Origin: Parasitella parasitica NRRL 2501
Lineage: Eukaryota > Fungi > Mucoromycota
DNA: 64,000 nucleotides
Assembly (NCBI GenBank): GCA_025201805.1
Contig: MU619243.1
Location: 349,773 to 413,772 of the forward strand
Reading direction: 5' to 3'
Position numbers and translations under genes: made by a program. Positions 1 to 13,391 of this stretch are shown here, one piece after another; position 1 is the first letter of the stretch; each line of letters opens with the position of its first letter. Under the pieces are notes generated by a model that did no database searches, was not told the origin of the DNA, and saw only the letters and a program-made list of their open reading frames with translations.

Positions 1-668
1 CCAAGCATTTTGACCGCAACAGCCATACTGTCATGCGCTCTGCTATGTGGCATCAGTTTTATTATTACTATGGGCCTATGATCGAAGATGAGAACAAGAT
101 CAAGCTTCCAGTTCATGAAAAGGCCGAGTTCGGATCTATCGATCTAGCTGACCTCGTAGATGCTGTATACAATCTGTCATCGTTTCCCACAGACGAAGCT
201 GTCTACAGCAGTTTGGCACACTTGTACATTACTAACCTGAGAAAAAAGAACAAGACTTTGTTTGAGTTTACTCCTAGTAGCAATATTACGCCGGAGCAAT
301 TGATTAAGGCTGCTTCGGAAGGCTTGGAGCGCAAGGACATGACGTATGAAAAAATCAGCCCAAAGACTTTGTATGATTATCTGCGCCGTATCCACAATGA
401 CAATCGATTTAGGCAAAGACCCATCCAAAGCGCAACTGACATTGTTGTGCACAAGCCCCAGCTGAAGGAAGACAGGCCCTACACGTTTCCGCTGGGCAGA
501 TACTTGAATGACATTGCCATTGAAGGCATTCTCGAATATTGGAAATTGGCTGACTCTAACAAGCAAGCACATGTTTCGGGAGATCTCGAAAAGGCTATCG
601 ACCGACGTCCCACAACTGTATATAAATTCTTCAAACACAACAGAGATCAATTTAGTCGTCTTCGGTAA
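1..668 (+). CDS. 3' part of a probable NmrA-like / NAD(P)-binding Rossmann-fold protein (5' end outside window)
   Basis: Open frame to TAA at 666-668. Segments 'IKLPV...FGSIDLADLVDAV', 'FEFT' and 'VSGDLEKAIDRRPTTVYKFF' resemble the C-terminal half of NmrA/atypical SDR proteins. Confidence 0.5.
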   Translation, partial: KHFDRNSHTVMRSAMWHQFYYYYGPMIEDENKIKLPVHEKAEFGSIDLADLVDAVYNLSSFPTDEAVYSSLAHLYITNLRKKNKTLFEFTPSSNITPEQLIKAASEGLERKDMTYEKISPKTLYDYLRRIHNDNRFRQRPIQSATDIVVHKPQLKEDRPYTFPLGRYLNDIAIEGILEYWKLADSNKQAHVSGDLEKAIDRRPTTVYKFFKHNRDQFSRLR

Positions 669-1205
669 ACGATTTTAGCTTGCAAAAAAATTAAAGCTTA
701 AATAAAGTTTTGCTTTTTTTATCGAAAATCATCTCTCCGCATTTTGTGTCGATTTGGCTAGAGCAAGAAACGTTCTAGATTCGTCCTGTCTGCTTTTCTT
801 TGTTCTGGTGTATGCCATCGCCCGTAAATCGATGATTCATGCAGCATTCCAGTAGATGGTGGATCTTGGCATCATCCTTCATATGCGTGCGTTTTATTTG
901 TTTATCTCCAGTCAAAGCATGCAAATCAAGATCCAAAGGCCTGCAGTGCGATTTCTGCAAAAAAAAACAAGAGTCTTTCATAAAACCTAAAATCAATTAA
1001 GGTGTGCTAGTCTGCATTGGGTAAATTCTTGATCTGTTTTAAACACTCTTACAAATCCCTGTCTAAGGATGCGATTTACTATAAAAGGCGAAAATGACGA
1101 TGCTTCACACTAATACGATTTAGCACCAAAACAGAAAAGGTAGAAATACATGATGGATTGGTATGATAATTCCGGCTCTTTTTTCTTCTCACCATTGAAA
1201 AAACC

Positions 1206-1352
1206 ATGAGCGTTACATTCGAATCACCCACACGATACTTGAGCGATACAGAAAACGGCAACAATAATAACAATATAATGTACTCTCTCAGCAGCAACGA
1301 GAAGGAAGGCTCGCCATGTACATCTCCTCTTAATCCAATACAACAGCAACAA

Positions 1353-1393
<41 letters not shown>

Positions 1394-1410
1394 ACAGCAA
1401 CAGCAACAGC

Positions 1411-1465
<55 letters not shown>

Positions 1466-3945
1466 GCTGCAGCAGCAACTGTCAAACAGTCATTTGAACC
1501 AAGAATTCTTTAATTTTCTGCAGAACCGTCAAACCAGCTTTCATATCTCTACAGGCCTCCTACCTCAAACATATCGACATCAACACATTGAAGACTTGGC
1601 GCCCATCGGAAGCGAGGAAATGAACGGATTGATGACGAAATACGACTGCCACCAACTACTGATCATTGATGTCAGATCGTATGCCTTTTACTCCAAGAGT
1701 AGGATCAAATCAGCCATCCCCGTCTCAATCCCTTCTGTGTTATTAAAGAGGCCAGCCTACACATTGGACAAAGTCTGTGAGTTTATCGTATCCCAAGAAG
1801 CAGCCGCCCGACTCAAAAACTGGCACCATGCGTCTCATATTGTTTTCTACGACCATGCGTCTCCTACTGTTTTCAACGACCATGCGTCATACAAGCCGAG
1901 CGACTCTGGCAACTCCACCACTGCCATCCTCCTGGGCTCGAAACTGCGCAAATCGGGATACAGTGGACAACTGAACTATCTCCAAGGTAGTATTTCTTGT
2001 GGAAATCTCACATGCGCAAAATCTGCTAACTTGATTATACGATAGGCGGATTTGATGCCTTTAGTAGTGCGTTTCCGGACCAATGCGAGTTGGCTCAGGT
2101 GGAATCAGTCAATCAAGCGGAACGACATCAAACAGCACCAATCAGCCTCCTGCCCACTTCAACCCAGACTCCTGCTATAAATCCTTTCTTTAGCAACATT
2201 CGCCAAAACCTCGAGCTCTCGCATGGGCCACTTCAAGAAAGATTCGCCGTTCGGTTGCCGTATGGCTCGAAAAATGACAATGGTGTCATCTCGACCTTTT
2301 CTCAGCACACAGCTGCTAGCAACCACCACCCAAGATTTGGATTAGCCGGTAGCTCGGTGGACGAGCAGGGCAATTTTGTACTGCCCCTTTGGATGAAAGA
2401 AATCATGAAGAGCGATACCGGTCCAAAAAAACTGGCCGAAAACTACGAAGTAAGGTTGACGCTATCGTACATCCCCCCCCCTTTTTTTATTCTAATGACA
2501 TCATATTAGCAATTGGAACGTCTTGAGCAAGATCGGCTGTCGACCGTCATGAAATACCATTCGGACACAACCAAGGAGCAGGATCAGTCAAAGCCAGCGT
2601 TCCCGTTCAGCATTGCATCCAGCATGGAGAAAGGTACATTGAACCGGTACGACAACATTTGGCCATACGGTACGTCTTTCTCTTTCTTTTTTTTTTTTTT
2701 TTTTCAACAACTGACATTGCATTGTCCGTGTACGCAGAATACTCGCGCGTTAAGCTCAAAGACAGCAGCGACGACTACATCAATGCCAACTACGTTCAGT
2801 TTGCAGAGGTCAGAAAGAACATCACGACAAACCCCGTCTTCAAAACGCATCAGCAAGCCAAGCTAGAGTCAGAGGGCCTATTGAGCGAAGCGTCTGTTTG
2901 CGCGATGAATCGGTCGGATGCAGACGTTGCCCGCAATCGCCAGTACATCTCAACCCAAGGCCCGTTGCCCACTACTTTCAATGACTTTTGGCAGATGGTG
3001 TGGGACGAAAAATCGCCGGTTATTGTCATGCTGACTCAGGGAACCGAAATGAACAAGGTGATTGATTTTACCATTTGACAAAAAAATAACTATTCCTTAA
3101 CGAGCCCCGTACCGTAGATAAAATGCCACACATACTGGCCAGCTGTCCTAAATGCTACGCAAACATACGGAGCAGTTGCTGTTACGCTGGACACTGAATC
3201 CAAACAGGCTGTCCACAACATGAACGACAAGCGTGAGCGCGTCAACGATGACGTGGATGAAGATGAGTGCATTATCACAAGAAGATTCACGCTCACTTAC
3301 AATGGTATTAAACGCAGTTTGACTCAGCTGCAGTACACTGGATGGACTGATTTTGGCGTGCCTGACCACCCCATTGGCATTCTAACTCTGGTGCATTGTG
3401 CTGACCTGGCTCAATCCCAGGCGAATACGGGCCCTATTGTGGTTCACTGCTCTGCTGGCTGCGGCAGAACAGGCGCCTTTTGCGTCATTGACACCATGAT
3501 CCAGCGTTTATGGCAGAAACGCGACGTATACACTTGCACTACAAATGACAAGATCTGGGAGACGGTCTGTCATTTCAGAGAGCAGCGGATGAGCATGGTG
3601 CAGACGCATCGTCAATACGTCTTTTGTTATGAGGCCATTTTGTGGTGGCTGCTTGGCTACGGCGATTTACCTGTGCAGCAGCAATCTGAGGCAGACTCCA
3701 AAGCAGACTCTCCGTCTTGTGGACCTACCGCGGATATGATGCGCCACATGATTGCTATGCCCAAGTCTCGTTCGTCGCTCTCTCCTCCTCCTCCTCCTCC
3801 TCCTCCTGCGCTTTCTTCCCCCACTGCCACTTTCTTACCGCCTACGTCTTTATTTTCTGCTCCTGTAGATACATTTCGTCACGAGGTTGATGAAGAAGAA
3901 AAATCTTCTGTAGGCAGTATTGTAGACGAGTTCAAAGAATTGTAA
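1206..3945 (+). CDS. Rhodanese-domain protein tyrosine phosphatase (Ptp2/Ptp3/Pyp1-like MAPK phosphatase), 5 exons
   Basis: Rhodanese-like LLIIDVRS...SRIKSA; PTP motifs [40 protein letters not shown] and QRMSMVQT; GT-AG introns join the ORF pieces in frame. Confidence 0.92.
1341..1466 (+). repeat. CAA/CAG microsatellite encoding 42 consecutive glutamines
   Basis: Read directly from the sequence, in exon 1 of the PTP gene. Confidence 0.95.
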
Positions 3946-4966
3946 ATATACGTACTAACCGTCTTTAGAGCTTGTTGAAAAAAAAAACCCCCTCCCTTCC
4001 CCTTCTCTTTATATTACAGCAATGCATAAAGGACTAATCCTCTCAATCTTTTTTTGATCTCGAACCATTATACAATAAATAAAAATAAACTTTATACACA
4101 TGGATCATCTAAAATTTTGTATACAGAACCCCCTTTTAAGCCTAAACGGAGAATGGCTTGGTCTTGACTAATGAATATTTTGCGGACAGTAGCGAAAACG
4201 ATTGACATGTTGATGCACACTGCTCAGGGAAGATGAATAGATTTACCAGCCTGAACTATCGCACACCCTGCAATTGTGGAAAGACATTCAAAATTTGACA
4301 GAACAGAGTGCTGCGATTACGTAGTTGAGATTAACCCTTTTTGCGCATTGTTCTTGACGCAGACTGCTGTACAAAGCAGGGAGAGGCGAATTAATCGCAT
4401 TGGCAACATGGAAGGAAATGTTCTATTTCGGTTAGCGTTTTCTCGGGTGAACTGGGGTAAACTAGGCTAAAACATCTTGTTCTGATTGGAGTGCTCTTGG
4501 ACTGATTCTGTAAGTTTTTTTGAGTCATACAAACCAAGGCGATCGGGTTGTTTATATCTACTATATATCCCAAATTGTCAACTATTAACAATCAATTCTG
4601 AAGCAATGGCTTGAAGAAATCAATTGTAATCTAATGCAAAGATCAATATAGATAACCGCCCCTTGTTTCTAAAAACAAAATCAAGTTTCCAGGGCAACAA
4701 CAACAACAATAACAAANNNNNNNNNNNNNNNNNNNNNNNNNNNNNNNNNNNNNNNNNNNNNNNNNNNNNNNNNNNNNNNNNNNNNNNNNNNAAAGGGACA
4801 AGTTTCAGACATTTACGACAAAACTCGGACAAATTCATATCCTTGCTTTTAAAGCAGCCTGTGCTACTGAAAAAACCGACCACCCCCGCAAACGTTTTTT
4901 CATCTCTTTCTTTTCTATATAGCTCACAATCGTTTTTTTTTTCTTTTTCGTAAATAAACCGCCATA

Positions 4967-6624
4967 ATGGCCTTTCATTTCAACTGGCCAGAATTCGATC
5001 GCGAATTCTATGTCGAAGCAAAATCACAATTGGAGACAGCAATGAATAAGGGCAACAAGCCCTCCGTCATTGTTGACTATATCACTGTCAAGGAATTGCA
5101 TATGGGAACACAGGTAACAACAGTAGCAGCAGCAGCAGCAGCATCAAAACATTTGAATAAATATCCATATTCATCGTTGTAAAATAGCCTCCAGAGCTAG
5201 AAATACTCGAAATTGGAGAACTTGGAAACGACAAATTCCGGGGTATTTTCAAGCTAAATTACGCTGGCGATGCGTACATAGAAGTACAAACCAAAGTCCA
5301 AGTAAGTCTTGTAGTCATTCTTATTACTCGTTGATAAATTTTGCTTACAAGCTTGTAGGCAAATCCGATGCATGCCAAAGTCTCGGAATTGCCTCGCCAT
5401 TCTCGTCCCAGCATCCTGGCTGCTGACCAGCCGTTGGTAGTGCCTATGATCCTTCGCATCAGCGATCTCAAGTTGCGAGGCATTGTAGTGCTCGTTGTGT
5501 CGAAAACAAAAGGAGTAACGCTTGTGTTCAAAAACGACCCGTTGGAAAGTATCCGTGTCAGTTCTACGTTTGATAGCGTATCGATCCTCCGAGAATTCTT
5601 GCAGCGTCAAATCGAAGCACAGTTACGAAACCTATTCCAGGAAGATTTACCCGCCATGATTCACAACCTAAGCTTAAGATACCTTCAATCGGAAGAAGAG
5701 AAGAAAAAGCAAAAAGAGCAGCAAGAGCGACGACAAAAGCTGTTGCAGCAGCAGCAGCAGCAGCCACAGGACCAAGAGACACTATCCATTTCTTCTGAAC
5801 CTCCTCTTCCCCTACGCCGAGGATTTTCTAGTTGGTCCTTGGCCAGTGTACCGCTCACAGCTCCACTGCTTCGTGCTAGATCAAGTACTTGTTACAGCGA
5901 CGACCTTACACTGCCTGAACTCGATACAAATTACCCTCTCTCACCTCCATCTCAGTCCAGTAGCAGCCTCTGTACACCTCTTTCCAGCACATTTGATTTG
6001 AATGACGAATACGGTTCCTTCAATGACTATCTGGTGGCAGCTACTCCTACGACCACAGCAACAGCCTTTAGCTCTGGTTACAACAAGAACATTGCCAATT
6101 TTGGTTCATCAAGTGGCTGCAGGACAGCACCCATGACGGCAGCAAACCTTTTTACACACAATCGTCAATACAACAATGGTAACACCAACCAACTGGGCAT
6201 CAGCCCATTAATCCATAAAGACTACCACCCCATGGCAGCAATGATGTATGCAGCGCAACAACAAGACACCCTATCAGAGACTAATCTATCCACACCTTCC
6301 ATGGCCGACATTTACAGTGAGGCGGATGCACCGTGGTACGCTGTAGAGGGCCCCGAATTAGGCCCGTCGCACATTGCTCCATCAGAAACGATCTTTACGG
6401 ACGGCAAGACCATCATTTTAAAGCCTTCCGAGAACAACATGGCATCGAAGCTATCCATGCTGACCAGTGTCAACTATACCTTATCGCCTCTGACTGAATC
6501 GATATCAAACTTTACCTTTCGTAGCCTACCGCATGTCAGAAAATCCAATAGCACTTTGTTGCGAAGCAAAAAGGTCCCAAAAAGACGTGTTACGAGATTG
6601 AATATGTCTGCCCCTCGTCTTTAG
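4967..6624 (+). CDS. MDM34: ERMES subunit Mdm34 (SMP domain), 3 exons
   Basis: N-terminus MAFHFNW...[26 protein letters not shown]; PELEILEIG; [11 protein letters not shown]; [22 protein letters not shown]. Confidence 0.93.
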
Positions 6625-6703
6625 AACGGGTATTTGCATCGCATCGCAGCATTTTATTTATTAGATTTATAAGTGTATAGAAGTTAAATATCCCCACCTC
6701 GCT

Positions 6704-6952
6704 NNNNNNNNNNNNNNNNNNNNNNNNNNNNNNNNNNNNNNNNNNNNNNNNNNNNNNNNNNNNNNNNNNNNNNNNNNNNNNNNNNNNNNNNNNNNNNNNN
6801 NNNNNNNNNNNNNNNNNNNNNNNNNNNNNNNNNNNNNNNNNNNNNNNNNNNNNNNNNNNNNNNNNNNNNNNNNNNNNNNNNNNNNNNNNNNNNNNNNNNN
6901 NNNNNNNNNNNNNNNNNNNNNNNNNNNNNNNNNNNNNNNNNNNNNNNNNNNN
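6704..6952. other. Assembly gap (others at 4716-4791 and 35449-35458)
   Basis: Runs of N next to homopolymer or microsatellite tracts. Confidence 0.99.
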
Positions 6953-7087
6953 AAAAAAAAAAAAAAAAAAAGAAAAAATTAAACATTCGTCTTTAATTGC
7001 TGTACACTACTGGAAAACGAATGGTGAATTTCAACAATGACAAAAGAGCGCCATTTTCTAATGTCATGTAGAAGGGATATACAGGGT

Positions 7088-10000
7088 TTATTCAGACTGG
7101 ATAAATTTCAAACCACCCAAGACTTGATCGATCCTATTTTTTTTTTTTTTTAAAAAGAAAAAGAAATGAGATTGATTTTGCACTTTTTTTGTTTTCTGTT
7201 ATACGAGTAGTACCTTGACATTTTAGCTTTTGCTTGTTCTGATTCAGTTTTAACCAGAGCTATTAATGCATCCCAGTCTTCTTTGAGATGAGCGTACTTG
7301 GCTTCCCAGTCTTGTCTTGACTTTGTTTCTGATTCTAGTAACGAGTTAAGCTCTTGCAGCTCGGCTTCGCGAGCAGTGTTCAAGCGCTGTGCTTCCTTTT
7401 CATTTTCTTGGCTCTGATGCAATGCTTCTTTCAGCTGCTCACACTCTGCATCTTGCGCAGCGATGTGCTGCTCGTAGTCTCTATTGCCCGTCTCTAGCTC
7501 TGTTATCTGTTGACTTTGAGAAGCAACAGTTTCCTCCAAAGTAGTCAAATTGGAGATGCTCTTCTCGACTTGTGTTTGTAAGGCCGTGATTGTTTGCTCA
7601 ATCAATCCTTTTTCTTTACTGACAATGGCCAACTGATCAGTTGATTCTTGCACTTGAACTTTCAGAGATTTCAACTCATCGGTAAGGTGGTCCTCAACTA
7701 GTTTGGATGCGTCTACTTGAGCGTTGAGCTGCTCTATTTGTTCTACTTGAGATTCTATAGCCCTTTGTTGGTCGTCTATAATTTCTGCTCTCTCTTGAAG
7801 TTCTTGCTCTAATTCCTCCACACGATCTTCGGATATCGCAAACTTTCCAAGCAGGTCGTCCTTACTTTCTTCTAACTCTCGGATTATATCTTGCTCTGCC
7901 ACGATCAATTCCTTGAAATCAGAATGCTCACTTTCCAAGTCTTGATTTCGACTCATGAGTTCTGCAATGAGATCTTGTTGCTCCTTGATTTCGCCTTCAA
8001 GTAAAGTGATTTTCTGCTCTTTTTCACGCATCTGAGTGTCTACGCGGTAAGCAGCATTCAGAGGCTTGAGCTTAGCATATATTTTCCACCAGGACCACTC
8101 TCGTAAGGTAATGTAGATGCGGGCATTACGTTGCAATAAGCGAATAGCATCAGCCTGACGAGAGAATCTTGTTTGATACCGACGAGCCAATCTGCCACGA
8201 CACATGGCTTGGAACTGAGTGATGCAGACGCCTAGTTTACTGTCACGAAGCTCTTCCAAGGACGCAAGCTTGAAGAGGGATCTGTCAGAACAATATCTAG
8301 ATATACGTATACTGCACATAACATACCACTGTTGCCTTGAAAAAGATTTTTGTAGTACCAATTTGATAGTTTTCGCTTGTCAAATTCATTTGCTTTACCA
8401 GCATCTGGCAGGCTGTTCTGCCGTCAATAAACGCATTGCGATCCATTAAGTGAGGACAGAACACTTGATAACGCTTCCTAAAATCGTCAAATGACAGACG
8501 GTTGGGAAAGCCTTTTCTGCAGATACGAATACCTTCCAAGACACCGTTGCATCTCAGTTGATCTAGCACAAGCTTTGTTTGAATCTCGCCAGGGTATTTG
8601 CGGGCATTGGGCAAGATACAACGTACAAAATGAGGGTGTGTCATGTACAATGTGTTCATCAATGATAGCAGCTGTTGCTTATGGCGTTGGCCAACAGTTC
8701 GGAAAGAGCCGCCGCCTTTTCTTAGCTTGAACATTGATGCAAACGAAGTTGACGACATGGATGCACTTGCATTCCGCTTGTTAGTGGGTGCTTCGTCTTG
8801 GTCGGACAGGTAGTCTTCAAAGAGATTGGCAACATGTTTTTGTGTTGATCTGGCTAATAAGCGGGTAGTGTCTTCATTAAGCGGGTCCTTGTTCTTTTCA
8901 ATCCAGCCGTCCACTGAATATTCAACATCTCCAGCATAGTGCTTGAGAATAAAGCCATCCTGGAATCGAGTGCTCTTGTATTTGGCGTCTGGGTTGTCAT
9001 TGTCGCAGAATTTGTTGAGTTTTTCCAAAAATCGTCGATCGTTTCCTTTGGGAGCAACACATTCCTCTTCCAAACAAGACAAGATACCGACTGGCTACTC
9101 GACAAAAAAAATATCACTAGCGATCAATACTGTATACCCTTCAAAATATCAGGGGAAAAAATAAAAAAAATAAAAAACCTACATTTGTCTTTTCAATCAA
9201 ATCTATAATTGGCTGGAGATCTTTTCCAAAATCAATGTAATTCCACTCAATCTTTTCCTTTTGATATTCTTCTTGCTCCAATTCAAACATGTTTTGATTG
9301 AAAAACTGCTGCAGTTTCTCGTTTGTATAGTTGATGCAAAGCTGTTCAAAACTATTCGACTCAAAAATCTCGAAACCTGCGATATCCAACACGCCGATGA
9401 AACCTAGAATGTCCTTTGATTTGCTTCCATCAATAGCCTTGTTGATTCTTTCCACTAGGTAGGCAAAGTTTCTTTCGTATAGCGTTTTAGCCAGTGCGTC
9501 GATACTTGCAACGACCTGAGCTGAAGACTTGGCTTGGGTCACCCAATCTCTACCAGCTTTGATGCGGGGAGACAGCAGGCTCTTTTTGAATTCTTCGGCA
9601 GAAATACCCAATATATGACATGCTCTCTCTACAGCAGCAAAATCCTTGATATCAGCTCTTTCACGATAATCGGTTACGGAAATATTGCCCAAGTGGAGAA
9701 TGGATGCTACTATTCTGAAAAGGTCTACTTTTTCTTTCTCGCTTAGTCCCATGATATCCAGAGATTTCTACATCTGATTTTCAGTGCTCTGTCTTTGCTA
9801 CACCCTTGACAATCACTTACAGATAGGTTTTTGTACTCTTCAGCATCGTCTACACCTTCGATTCGCTTGTTTGAGTTTTTGATAAACATATAGCTATTAG
9901 GGTCCCCATCTAATAAAAGCTGCTCTATAGACAACTATCCGTGAGTAGTCGTTCTAAGCATTAGCATTAGTAACACATACTCTTCAGCTCGTCATCGGCT

Positions 10001-11159
10001 TCTAATAGCTGGTAAAATATATGGTAGTTTCTCTCTTTCGGGGTTTGCTGGTGGACTCTTGATCTCTCAAGCAAATACCATTCGATATTTGCACCACAAA
10101 TTTCAGCTCTATTATTGAATTCGATGCGAATGAATTTGCCCTGCCATAAAAAAAAAAAAAATATAAATTTATATATGAATGTAAACACATGCGCCGGAAA
10201 TTTTTTTTTTAATACAAACTTACAAATCTAGAAGAATTGTTGTTGCGTATTGTTTGCGCATTACCGAACGATTCAAGTACTGGATTCGCTTGTAAAATCT
10301 GCTGCTGCAGTCGATTCACTTGTTGGCCTGTAGCCAGTGGTTTTTTGCTGGTGTTGGCGGCTACAGCTGTGAGGTATTGAATGACGATTTTGGTATTTTC
10401 AGTTTTGCCTGCGCCGGATTCACCAGTGATGAGGATGGATTGGTTTTCTTTGTCCTGCACCATATCGTGGTATGCCTGATCTGCCACGGCATATATATGG
10501 GGTGGCATCTCGCCACGTCTTTTACCTTTGTACGATTGGATGTAGCTTTCAGTGTAAATAGGGATATTTTTGTAGGGATTTACTGCCACTAAAAAGAGGC
10601 CAGAGTATGTCTACGTAATGAACTGTCATCAGCCCTGGATCACTCTCCATATATATATATATATAAAGTCGCACACGATCGACTTACGTATACGTGGTTT
10701 GCCTTGTATCGGACAGTGAGGTTGTGAATGACGGAAGGCTCATTCAGATGTGTCAATTCAGCCATATCATCGACCATGTCAAATTTGGGTGGATTCATGG
10801 GCTGTAGTCTGGATTGAGGAATGGTGGCAGTCTACACATGATGCTATTAATTTACGCAACCTTTATTCTTTGTCTGTTTTGCATTTTTTGCATTTTTTTT
10901 TTTTTTTTTTTACCCCTCCTTGCTCGTATTCCACTTCGACTAGTGAGTCTTGCTCTTCCTTGAGGATGTGTCCTCGCACGTAGCCCTCCTGGTCATCTTG
11001 TATCCAGACCCATCTCTTTTCATTGAACTTGGCTTGTGCCACAGCGTCCAGCACATCGTCTATTTTGGGCTTTATGAACGTCGTTGAGCCGTAACTGTGT
11101 ATGAATGATCCGCCAAAATCTTTGCTATTCTGCAATGGCGATGCTGACAGTGAAAACAT
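7088..11159 (-). CDS. Type II myosin heavy chain with an unusually short coiled-coil tail
   Basis: SH3-like N-terminus; MNPPKFD; P-loop [10 protein letters not shown]; NNNSSRFGK; LDIAGFE; [19 protein letters not shown]; IQ region and [12 protein letters not shown]; heptad tail; final mini-exon ends in TAA at 7088-7090. Confidence 0.9.
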
Positions 11160-11497
11160 GCGTTGGAAGAAATAATAACAATGGTAGTGAAAGAGAAAGA
11201 AAAGGAGGGCAGAAAAGAAAAAGAAAAAAAAAAAAAAAACCAACCAGAAAGAAAATGAAATTCGGATCTTATTGCATTTTCCGTCATGTAAAATGCAGAT
11301 GTCTACATTATATGTGTAATTAAAAATCTATTTTGGGCAGCTTTAGTAAACATCCTTAAAATGGCAAATTCCAAGAAATCGAATAATGAAATATGCTGTG
11401 CCTGACTGCATAGATTCATTGTCCCTGAAGAAATATTGAAAAACTTTATTGTTCTGTTTGTCCTTGTCCACTACTGGCCGATCCCCCAATGTCCAAG

Positions 11498-12696
11498 TTA
11501 TTTTATTGCCAACAGTGGTACTTGTTCCTCAATGTCCGCCCCAATCTCAATTTGCATTGAAGGAGGGCTATGCTGTCGTAGCTTGACTTGGGCTTCTTTG
11601 AACACCTGGGCCGTCATTTGGTCCATCCCGTACGATCTATTGTAGACTACCTCTTTGATGCCCTGCTGGATGATTTTAATGGCACAACCCAAGCAGGGAC
11701 AAGTGTTGCAATACAGCACAACACCGCTATCAAACACAAAACTGCCTCTGCCTGCTTCTAGCAGTGCGTTTTCTTCTGCGTGCATGCAGAGACATCTGTC
11801 AAGCCCCGTCCCGCATGAAGCGCCCTCGTTACAACGTCCACAGCCGCCCTCATTGCAGTTACGTAAGCCGCGCGGTGTGCCATTGTAGCCTGTAGCCATA
11901 ACTCTAGAATCTTTCACTAGAATACACCCCACTCTGCGCTTCATACAGTTCGATCGCCTGGCTGCCAAGTCTGACAGCTGCATGAAATAGGTATCCCAGG
12001 TTGGTCGGAGGCGTTCCTTGTTGGTCATATCCAAGCGGTCTAAAGCTTCGTATAAAGCACATGTGTCCTTGTATGAGTTGGTAATAATCAAATCAGATGT
12101 AACCATAATGTTGTAGAGGGGCGTTGTAGTCTTCGCTTCTGACTGATCCTGATCCTCTGCTGATATGTTGAACATGGCCTGATCGTCCTGCATCAAAAAA
12201 TCGTTTAAATCTAGAGGGCCGGTGCCCATGGCTTCGCACCTAGCAACAAAGTAAGAACCCGCTTCGGTCAGATCGACACCCTCCCGATTGCTTACTTTGC
12301 TAGCCCACGCTGATATCTCATTGTCACAGGAGCCTCCACTGAAACCAGCAAAAAGAAGGGGCGTTTCCTTGAAGAGTAAAAAAAATAAATAAATACAAAT
12401 ATGGTCAATTCCACGTTTTAAAGTCTCTACTAGGACACAGATAACCATTACTTGAGTTTCCAAAGCTCCCTACTGTCGACGTTGCATGTAACAAAGTTTT
12501 CCTGCCAGCGCTCTGTCACATAGAGTTGCATGTCTTCAACGGTATCAAAATTTAAAGCACATTTGTACATGCTCTCTCTGCCAAAATCGTTTTTGGGCTC
12601 TCTCAAAGCCAAGTACTGGAATTTGTGCTGCTCTATCAAGTATTGAGCAATGGTATTTTTGCCACTGTACTGTGGCCCTGCAATGCCAATAAACAT
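11498..12696 (-). CDS. DCD1: dCMP deaminase with N-terminal P-loop-like domain, 3 exons
   Basis: RPTWDTYFM, RSNCMKRRVG, TGYNGTP, HAEENA and PCLGC zinc motifs; N-terminal MFIGIAGPQYSGKNT. Confidence 0.93.
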
Positions 12697-13391
12697 CTAT
12701 TGGAGCTGTTTGCCTATAATACAGAGAAAGAAAAAAAGAGACGCCTAAAAGGAAAATCTTTGCTTCCTAATATTTCAAAAATGCAATGAAAAAAACCTTG
12801 CATCAGTCACGAGCTGCCACTATGGTATTGCGATTGCGTATGGATTGTTAGACGATGGCAGCTTAAAAGACTCTTACAACTGGCTTGCTTATATGCAGTT
12901 CAATTTGACTTGTTGAACAATGCCAGTTGACAACGTTTTTGCCATGCTGTTGTTGTTGTTGATTCGAAACTAGACGAGTGTATTTACTATCGTTGACAAC
13001 CCTTTGCCCTGGTATGATTTCATTTTGGCTATTCAGGCCATTTATCATTCTGGTTCCCCAGACTGCCCTTGTGTTTAACAAAATCTGCAATATACAAAAT
13101 CGAAGCAGTTTTGTATCGTGTAGTGATCAAGTGTCAATTGAGACATTGCATCTATAAAGACACTGTCGTCTTCCATCTGATTTATAATTATTGTACAATT
13201 ACCGACATGACAACAGACACGGAACAGTCTGGATCCATGAATGTTGATTATTCATAGTTGCCGAGCCTAGCAAAGAACCAGTTTTATAATTGGAATTTAT
13301 CTACTACTTGCGAGTACATTGGTAGTGTATAAAAAGTGCGACACATTTAGTTTGTTCTATTGTTTCTTTCGTTGCTACTCGGTCAAACAGA

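Noticed and set aside
1224-1478. Poly-Leu ORF and other antisense/shadow ORFs in the track
   Set aside because: Reverse-frame by-products of real genes, microsatellites or poly-A/T tracts.
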